A stretch of 62,158 nucleotides of DNA, the filler included, from Choristocarpus tenellus KU-1152 (lineage: Eukaryota; Protista; Phaeophyceae): assembly GCA_964200185.2 (NCBI GenBank). It is 5 parts of 5 records of this genome, joined end to end, with 100 filler letters (N's around TTAATTAATTAA, not from the genome) between each part and the next. Parts side by side here need not be neighbours in the genome. Positions count along the whole stretch, not along the records: positions 30,570 to 57,254 come from CAXNAD020000165.1; positions 57,355 to 62,158 come from CAXNAD020012996.1; 3 more parts are not named here. One strand, written 5' to 3'. Below the pieces are notes generated by a model. That model had not been told where the DNA came from. It did no database searches and worked only from the letters and a program-made list of their open reading frames with translations. Position numbers and translations under genes: made by a program. Shown piece after piece: positions 54,124 through 62,158 of this stretch (positions within the stretch are counted from its first letter, which is position 1; each line of letters begins with the position of its first letter).

Positions 54124-57100
54124 ATGGAGGATACGACTAGTACCATTGTAAAGCGAAAGGGGAAGGCTAAGTCAGGCACAGAACCATGCGATGAGGGGGG
54201 AAGCGCTGGCAATGCTAATGGATGTGCCATGAACGCCGTGTCGCTGGGAAAGAGGGCAACTGGTGATGTATTGGGATCCGTGCCACCAACTACCGTTGGT
54301 AGAGGAATGATACATGATTTCACCACGGAATTCAGGAGGTTCTACGACAATGCCTTTGTGCAAAGGGGGAGCTGTACTAAGATAATCTTTAGCATCGTGC
54401 TATTGTTGGTTATGCTTTCTGGTATCTTCGTGGTCCTGGTAAGATGCGGTTGCTGTTCAATCGGTCTGGTGTCGCTCTCTCCTTGAGGATGCACAGGCCT
54501 TGTTGTCGTGATTTCGAAATTATTGCTGTGCTAACCTTTACGCTCGCTTAGGTATGTACTTTTTTGTGACTATGGAACGTCGTAACAATGTCATGATTAG
54601 GGAAGCCTTCCGCTGGTGGTGATGAGCGCAGAGGATTCGCTGTCAGCCCAAATGGCCCTCTCGCTCGAGCTTCAAGGGGTGAAAGAGCGTCTTGAGTCAC
54701 AAGACAGGCGAGATTGCCTGCCAAAACTGAATGCCTCTGTTGTGGTCCCCTTGAACGATGAAAATAATGCGAGGATATGGCTTCCATCGTGCAACTCCTG
54801 TGTACGTTATTTTCGATTTGAGAGATTGTAGTGCATATTGATTGGTATGTTTTCGGAGACCGCTGTAATGTTACTCATTGCGTTGACGAATGGAACAATA
54901 GGCAAACAAGTGGATGAGAGAAGAGTATGTACAGAACCGTCAATATATCACCTGCAAGGTGTTTTTCATCTGCCTGGTCCGCCTACGTGAAGGTAGATTT
55001 TACTGTGGTTCTATCTTGTCCTATTTTCCGGTGGTCTGTGACACAAACTCTTGAAGGATGCGGAACCATCATGCAGTAATTGCAATAGAAGATATGTGCA
55101 GCTTGGACAATGTACTACATTAAACGTGGCACAATTTGACCTTTTATGACATTTGAAACATTCTGTCCTACCAGGCGATACCTGGAGGCAAGGAACATGG
55201 AATATGTTGTCAAGGAGGATCTCCAGGTAAGTTTAATATTGATACTCTTTTGTTTGGGGAAGGGGGTCTTCAGATGTTGCTAATCTGGTGTTCCCTTCAC
55301 CTATCTGTTTCCTGGTCTTTTATATGTGCCAAAGGATGTTTACAGTTGAGCACATCCCATGCAACAAAATGCAACACACATTTTCCAGTCTCTGCAAATG
55401 AAAGTGGTGCACCTTATGGTGGAGCTGAGGGAGTTGAAGGATCTTGACCAGGCAGCACAAACTGGCAGCAGTGGGGATGCAAACATGATCACAATGGTAG
55501 GCTGCTATATGAACAAACTAGTCAAGTATTGGCCCCCCGGAGGCTCCGTATCCCTGCCATATATTGCATAGTGGACATATCCGCGGAAATGTCAATGCAT
55601 ATCTCATTTACAGTATTAATCGTCCAATGCACAGGTCTAGCGTATCCGTTTGACTTCAGGGAGGCCCTATCACTCAAGTCTAAGTTTTTACAACCATATT
55701 GCAAGATTTGATCCTTTGATTATGGTTATTTGATTAGCAAAGCTGTAGAGTCCCTTGTTTCAAAGTGTTGCCTTGTGGACTGTTTCACACAGGCCTACAA
55801 TAACAGTGGGGTGTGTTTTGTGTCGTACCATAATGGAAAGTGCTTACAACTCTGGAGTGTGGAGTGTGTTCATTGCAACATCAGTGACTTCTATATTGCT
55901 CCTAGATAAGAAAGCATGTTTGTACAACCTTCTGGTACCAATGTGTTAGTGCTATGTGTAACTGGTGAGTCTGTTGCCAATATTTGTACCATTGAAGCCA
56001 ATAATACTATAAACTTGTACTAGCACAGTACACTACCACACTAGTACAGAAGGTGGTTCCCATTTGACCCTTACTTCTTTTTTGCACTAGATCATTGTCT
56101 TTCTCCATGGGTTAGGCATTTTTGAAGCATTATTTTACTATCTATTACATCACAACATTTGTGTATGATAGTAATAGCAGTATTAAGTAGTTCTGCAGAC
56201 TACAATATGTGTGCAGCAACACTTTACTCTAGAGCGAATGGTGGCTGTTCTTGCTGCAGTAGTAATGGTATTTTTCAGAGGTGTTGTGGCGTGCGCTTTA
56301 GACTTTACCTTGTGAGTACATCGCCATAATCTTGTAAGCCATAGGATAGATTGATATGGCATAGAGAGTAGGCACAAGCTGCATGGAGTAGCAACCTTGA
56401 AAGGGCACACAACAATATCAGAAGATAATTTGTCATTCCCCTGTGATGTCTGGTGGTAAAAAGTGGATTGATATTATAGTATCTTTCCAATGGAGTGCCT
56501 GTCTGCAAGGCAAAATGTATGTGTTGACACGATTGATTTTGCCTGTTTCCTTGGGAAACTCATTGGTCTCATCGGCCATCCCCTATGAATCTCATGTATG
56601 CAAATCTATCCGGTTTATTCATTTCTATTTTGTTCTCTCAACCTTCCCACTCCTCTTACCATGCCCAGTACTACATCCATAAAAAAAGCGATCAACAACA
56701 GTTGGATCCTCTTGAGGGGAGAGGAGTAAAGTTTTTTGTGCTCATTGTGTCCACCACTGCTTGTTACTCCCATGATCCATGCCTATCTCTCAAGAGGATG
56801 TTTATCTCTGTTATCTACAAAGCAACCTGCAGCCCATTCACACTCCCTTCCCCCTTCCCTATAAAACGCCAATTCACAAAATGTCTCTACTACACAGCAA
56901 TGTAGGCTTGATGTGGTTTATGACTATGATGTGGAATGTGTTGAATATCTGGTGTGGAGTATGTCACGTTGCAGTGCATGAAATGTAAGCTTGCTTCAAA
57001 ACATTGTAATACAATCATATGCCTGCTGCTTGTAATCGATTTTGAATGCAATGGTTGGTGTCTTTGGTAAGGTTTCAAGGACAAACAAGAGCCTCAAAGA

Positions 57101-57158
57101 CACTCAGGAGAGCATGTTCACGGCTCTGACACAGGTGGAGAAGCAGTTGGAGAGACAG
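54124..57158 (+). CDS. Type II membrane protein with coiled-coil stalk, unknown function (3' end beyond the contig edge)
   Basis: Exons 54124-54438 (ends in TM segment IIFSIVLLLVMLSGIFVVL), 54601-~54707, ~55175-55226, ~55389-55496 and 57072-57158 join in frame if intron 2 has a GC donor; downstream exons are heptad-rich. Confidence 0.65.
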
Positions 57159-57254
57159 GTGTGGAGTATGTCACGTTGCAGTGCATGAAATGTAAGCTTG
57201 CTTCAAAACATTGTAATACAATCATATGCCTGCTGCTTGTAATCGATTTTGAAT
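56951..57254 (+). repeat. 207-bp-period direct duplication (97 identical bases) bracketing an exon
   Basis: 56951-57047 is identical to 57158-57254, which ends at the contig edge. Confidence 0.9.
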
Positions 57255-57354
57255 NNNNNNNNNNNNNNNNNNNNNNNNNNNNNNNNNNNNNNNNNNNNTT
57301 AATTAATTAANNNNNNNNNNNNNNNNNNNNNNNNNNNNNNNNNNNNNNNNNNNN
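57255..57354. other. Artificial contig linker
   Basis: N44-TTAATTAATTAA-N44. Confidence 0.97.
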
Positions 57355-58528
57355 CACCCCCTCCAAGATATTTTGAGCCTAATATAGTTCCAGCTGGTGA
57401 CAATGAGGATCGTGACTTCTCCGGGGACATTGTCAAAGTCCCTAGCCAAGTAAAATGTGCAACAGGCGAAGCATAAATGGAGAAGAAGAGGATGGTTCCA
57501 ACCCGTTCAGGACAGTTTGCGGCCCATCCATGCAGTTCTCTTGGATACAATCGAACAGGGTGTAGAACAAAGGGGATTGACGATGGGGGGTCACAGAGTG
57601 GTGGACTGCAGGACCCACTGCGACAATGCCTTCAACAAATAGGTTGAGAGTGGCACCCAGAACATTTAGATATCCGATGGAGGAGAAGAAGAGCCGACTG
57701 GATCTGCGGCTGGAGAAGGACAGGGCGGGTACACCACTCCTATGTTTGTTGACGGTAAGGAATGATGAACTTCCAGTCGCAACATATGAAGTAGTTGCAA
57801 GCCAAATGTTGTGATCGTGAAAACATCGTTTTCAGTCTACTCTGGCCCATGCTTACTGGGTATACACAAAGTTCTTGTGTGATATACTGTGTACATGACG
57901 TTTCGATATGTTCTTGTTGAGTGACGCACGGGTTCGGAGTTAGGGTTAGGGGTTGGGTTAGGATTGTGTGGCTTGGCTGATCTTTGATACTCCAATAGGT
58001 GCCTTGGAGGAGATCTTTGTGGGTGGGCTACTAGTAATACTCTGATGTTATTATTCAGGGGTGTCCATCATATGATATATTTGCTTTTGTTGCACATGTG
58101 GGCAAAGGACTGAAACTGATTTTCTATGTTTCTATTAGTGCTTGAAAAACAGGCATTATATCAGGTTCTTTTTCGATACCAACGCTGCTTCTCTTCGTCA
58201 TTCGCTCTCCATGTTTCCACACAGTCCTTCCATCTTTGACGGTTGTATTTTTTTTCTCACTAAGGTCGTTACGAGCAACACCGTGTGGTTACAATGCTCT
58301 TGTCATTCTGATGAGTGGTGGAATGGAATGAATAGTGCTTCTCATCATCCACTGTGGTGGTAATAATTGTCGCCAATAGTGAGTAGTGGTGGTAGTACTT
58401 ACTTTCTATCATTATACAACAGTCATCCATCGTGACAATACTCTAGCGGTGATGTTAGAAGTGATAATTCCAACCACAGCAAGGAGTAGTGCTGGTATCT
58501 CGTTCCGCTTGGTGTCAAAGTAAACGAG

Positions 58529-58752
58529 AGGTACCCAGGGTTGCATTTTAAGGATGTTGACAAATATGTGCAAATTCGGCTTATTAAACAAATGTGTAGA
58601 TGATAATTTTCTGAACTGTGTCGGAAAAGTTGAAAAAATAAAGAAATAAGCACTCTCAAGTCAAAATTAGAAGTTATCCATAGAAATATGAGTGAACTGC
58701 AAAATACTAAAAAAAACGACTTAAAATGCAAATCGACCAAACCTGGGTACGT
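58529..58752. mobile_element. Fold-back/MITE family C, copy 1
   Basis: GTACCCAGGGTTGCATTTTAAG...CTTAAAATGCAA(n)AACCTGGGTAC split inverted repeats. Confidence 0.6.
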
Positions 58753-59007
58753 TTACTTTGCCTCCTATGCATCTGTGTTATCCTTGTAGCAGTTCCCACC
58801 GTTGTACTATTGCTGGTAGTAACAGCACCATTAGATCCGGCCATCTCCTGTCACAACAGACTCTTGAAGAACTCTAAGCCACAATTGCAGTACTCTATCC
58901 TGTCCATAGAAAGTCAGAAGTGGCCCATTATGGTTGTTGCAAGTAAGTCACGATAAACATCGGTATTATCTCTTGACAGAACCGGCACCAGAATCAAACC
59001 AATTGAG

Positions 59008-59232
59008 AGGTATGCAGGGTTGCATTATTAAGGATCTCGCGAAAGGGCAAAAAAGATTCCATTCCTACAACTGGAGAAATACCCTTTCTAAATTATGGTG
59101 TGGCTTTGTGTGTGGAAAGTGGGAATATAACCTTTGCGTACACTATTGTGAACATAATCCGGTGAAGTAGAGTGTATTGCACTGGGTAAGAAATATGGCT
59201 TAGAATGCAATACGGTCCGAACCTGCATACCT
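59008..59232. mobile_element. Fold-back/MITE family C, copy 2
   Basis: AGGTATGCAGGGTTGCATT...AATGCAA(n)AACCTGCATACCT; nearly the same length and the same end architecture as copy 1. Confidence 0.6.
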
Positions 59233-59386
59233 TTTAAATGGTGTAACTCATCACAGGTTCATCTGAGTATGTGTGTTTCTCAAGACATGGTGTAACTCTA
59301 TTGACAAACAGTGAAGGAACTAAGCACACAAGAGGATGTTAACGTGAGACATTCAGGAGGGAAAGAAACCCTAACCCTAACCCTAA

Positions 59387-59644
59387 GAGTGAAAGTATCT
59401 TAGAGGATACGAGTTTTGCCCTGTTTGTCCATTTGAGGCTTGGCTTCCCTCGGATTTTTTAAAGACATTTTCCTACTCCAAAATATTTCGGATCAGGTAA
59501 AATGTATACGTTATGGAAAGGTGTTTCCGCGATAAGGATATTGACACTTCCTAACAAAAACGATAGCCAAAATTAATCAAAATATCAACATTGGTTTTTG
59601 GCCCCCAAATGGACGCTGCTCTACCCTCTAAGATACTTTGGCTC
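59387..59644 (+). mobile_element. MITE family B (PIF/Harbinger, Tourist-like), 258 bp
   Basis: TIRs GAGTGAAAGTATCTTAGAGG...CCTCTAAGATACTTTGGCTC with a perfect TAA target-site duplication. Confidence 0.9.
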
Positions 59645-59846
59645 TAACCCTCAAAAATTTGTTCCAACACACCTAATCGCGCTGAAGTACCTTTGCCACA
59701 CGCTAGTCTGAGGCACAAATATGAAAGCAACACAAACAGAGCGGCAGATTGTAAAAGATCCCACCACAAAAAGGTTCCTTGTGTCGAAATAAAATTTCTC
59801 TGTGTACAATACAAAAAAAAACATATCGACACTTTATCCCAGTCAA

Positions 59847-60012
59847 TTTTGGGTCAAGCCCATTCTCAATGAAAAGTTACATGATGAATTGTTGAAATTG
59901 GATGTTAATTTTATGTAGTAGTGTNNNNNNNNNNTTTTGGGTCAAGCCCATCCTCAATGAAAAGCTCCGTCCTCAATTTTTGAAATCGGCTGTTAATTAC
60001 ATGTAGTAGTGT
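59847..60012. repeat. Two diverged ~78-bp direct repeats flanking a 10-N scaffold gap
   Basis: ttttgggtcaagcccatyctcaatgaaaag...atgtagtagtgt on both sides of 59925-59934. Confidence 0.75.
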
Positions 60013-60542
60013 AACAGGAGGTAGTGGTTAGTATTTAGGTGTCTTTGTTCCAGCAGTTACCTCCATGACCTTGCGGGGTTCGAACCCTTCGATGCTAGAC
60101 TTTTCCCCACGAAAATACGGTTTCGATAATGCTATTCCACATGACAGCCACAACAAATTGTAGACCTATCTATCCTCTCTACGCTATACCATAAAAAAAC
60201 TCTGGACCAAGATAATAAAAGTTTGAAAAACTTTGGAGGGGGTCTACGAGAAGATTCGAGGGAGGAGATGGACTGACAAACAGTGAGAGTGAACCAAGCA
60301 AGAAGGGAGAACCAAGCCAGGAATTGATGCAGTAGAATCATTTCGGTAGTTAGTCTTTCTTCTGATTGTATGGGTTGGGATCATTGTATGTAATGTGGGA
60401 CATGTTTTTGAAATTCTAGTAGTCTAAGTAATATCTTCAGAAGGCGTTGTTATTACATATAATATTAATAGGACTAAGTTGGAGTTGTCACACGATTAAT
60501 ATTTGCGATACGTATCCTGAGGTAAGGTTGGACCCAATCCAA

Positions 60543-61839
60543 ATGTGGACTACTGGGATGTTCCCGCTGCGCTTACTCCCACTTGCTATTCTTCTGACAG
60601 TAGAGGCCTATAGCCTTCGACCAGGGCCTTCACTTCCAAATGCAATGAGGCGAGATCAGCCCCTCCACATAACAGGTTTTGTGGGAACTCTCGATGTAGC
60701 CTCTCCCTCGCTGCGATGTAAGCGACTCAAGACGCTGATGATCGCAAACCCGTACATGGAACGCGTATCACGCGTTGCTGGGGATCCAGTGGCTTTGGTG
60801 CGGTGGGTGAAGGCTATCGGTGGGAATGTGGGACCAGTGGTTCTGGACGAAGGTGATGCCCTCATCGATTAAGTTATTTCTGATTTGACTTTGCAGCTTA
60901 CAAGCAAGCCGCTTTGCTGTTGCGGGATTTAGGCCGTCTTCTGCGAAAGATATATGGCTGATAATGTGTAGCACATGCCAGGGGCACTGCGCTCTTGTGA
61001 AATTATGGCAAAGGCTAGGTTGGACCTGATACGCGTGATCGATGCATTACTTGATGCTGGGTGTTTCCATGCAGTGTGCTCGCCCTTGCCCTTGTTCGAT
61101 GGATACAGATTTTGTCTCCATTGTGAGAAAAGTAACATGAAGGGACTCAAGAGACTAACCTGGGCTACATGAAACCCTTCCACAGAGGAGTGATATGTGG
61201 AAGGCGAGTATACTAGTAACCTCAAACCAATGTCCATTCAGATGCTGCCACTTACGAAGGATGAAGTAAATGTGACCAGTCGCAGATTGCTTGGCAAAAC
61301 CCTCCTGACTGTGCAATAAGCTTGACACTTAAGGCTGAAGAGGGTCACTCTTGTCCTGTCATTGTGCTCGATGTTTGCTTTCACCCGTCTTGGGACACAA
61401 ATCGACGGCCATTGTGTTTGATCGCAACATAGTGGTACATACAAGGAAACCCCCATTCGGTGACTCCAGTCCCTGTCATCCCCTTAAGCTACCCTCAACG
61501 ATTCATTGAACATCCTTGTTGTCATACCTGTCATACTTCAGACCCGTTGGCGAAGGGGTGGGGACTTCGCGCATCACGTGACATAAAGCCAGGAGAGGTC
61601 GTGGTATATATTCCACGGAGTGCATGCTTAAGGGTAGATAATGTGAGGGGTGAAAGGAAGCGTCGAGACAATGGCGATACGACAAAGGATAAAATAGTCA
61701 GGGAAGTTTCAGGGACGGAAGGTGGACCAAAGGATGTTCGGGCACAGGGTCATGATGCACAGGAAGAGTTGAGGTGGAAAGTCCCCGCGTCATTGCGGAG
61801 GGTTATTGACGTGGTTCCAAGAAAGTTCTGGACTGTTAG
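60543..61839 (+). CDS. SET-domain lysine methyltransferase, Rubisco LSMT-like (5' part), with signal peptide
   Basis: Exons 60543-60852 and 61542-61839 splice in phase: signal peptide LLPLAILLTVEA-YS, LVRWVKAIGG.V, GWGLRASRDIKPGEVVVYIPRSACL. Confidence 0.8.
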
Positions 61840-62141
61840 GTGAGGCGAGAGTGGGCATTTCATGTGTCGGCTGTTTTTTCATGCATGATCTTGACTGCCA
61901 TGATGATTGTTGCAAGTTGATATACTTTGGAGTGTGACTTTACGAATAGTGCTCACATATATTTTTTAATAGTCTGAAAGGCCTTCACAAATGCCTTTGA
62001 GCACGATGCTCTTGAAGTGCTTAGTTGTTTTGTGGTGTTGCTTTGGGGTTCAGTTCCCGGTGCTGAAGAGATTGTTCCACACCCTGGAGTGAGCTTCAAG
62101 TGCAAGGCCTCTTGGTTCTGACGTAACTTCAACTAGATATT

Positions 62142-62158
62142 GGGTCAAAGTATCTGGG
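62142..62158 (+). mobile_element. MITE family A left TIR at the window end
   Basis: GGGTCAAAGTATCTGGG; the same TIR occurs at contig ends 23777-23797 and 57355-57379. Confidence 0.7.

Noticed and set aside
57380-57755. GC-rich coding-like stretch
   Set aside because: Stops in all plus-strand frames examined and no identifiable motif.
1959-61456. Most short ORFs in the supplied track
   Set aside because: Non-ATG starts, antisense shadows of real exons or chance intronic frames; not meaningful in an intron-rich eukaryote.

Overview
This is eukaryotic, intron-rich nuclear DNA, most likely from a brown alga or related photosynthetic stramenopile. That assignment is an inference from GT-AG introns, bipartite plastid presequences and short interstitial TTAGGG repeats. 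The window is not continuous: five contigs are joined by artificial 100-nt N-linkers containing TTAATTAATTAA (23798-23897, 26794-26893, 30470-30569, 57255-57354). Manual splicing supports these genes: a Rieske pheophorbide-a-oxygenase-like gene (5' half), a divergent acyltransferase-like gene, RPS18, a DHX57/DHX29-like helicase fragment, AATF/BFR2, a 139-aa unknown protein, a 9-exon plastid-targeted TraB-domain gene, a type II membrane coiled-coil gene and a Rubisco-LSMT-like SET gene. Introns and intergenic DNA carry Harbinger-type MITEs, fold-back elements, minisatellites and retroelement debris. The most notable signal is short (150-300 bp), AT-rich, decayed bacterial coding fragments embedded in host contigs: a TPR fragment, an IS5 transposase C-terminus with its terminal repeat, an unknown helical ORF and a large-type NAD-glutamate dehydrogenase fragment. 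They look like shredded DNA from an intracellular (possibly Rickettsiales-type) symbiont inserted into the algal nucleus. All homology calls are from motif recognition; no database search was run.
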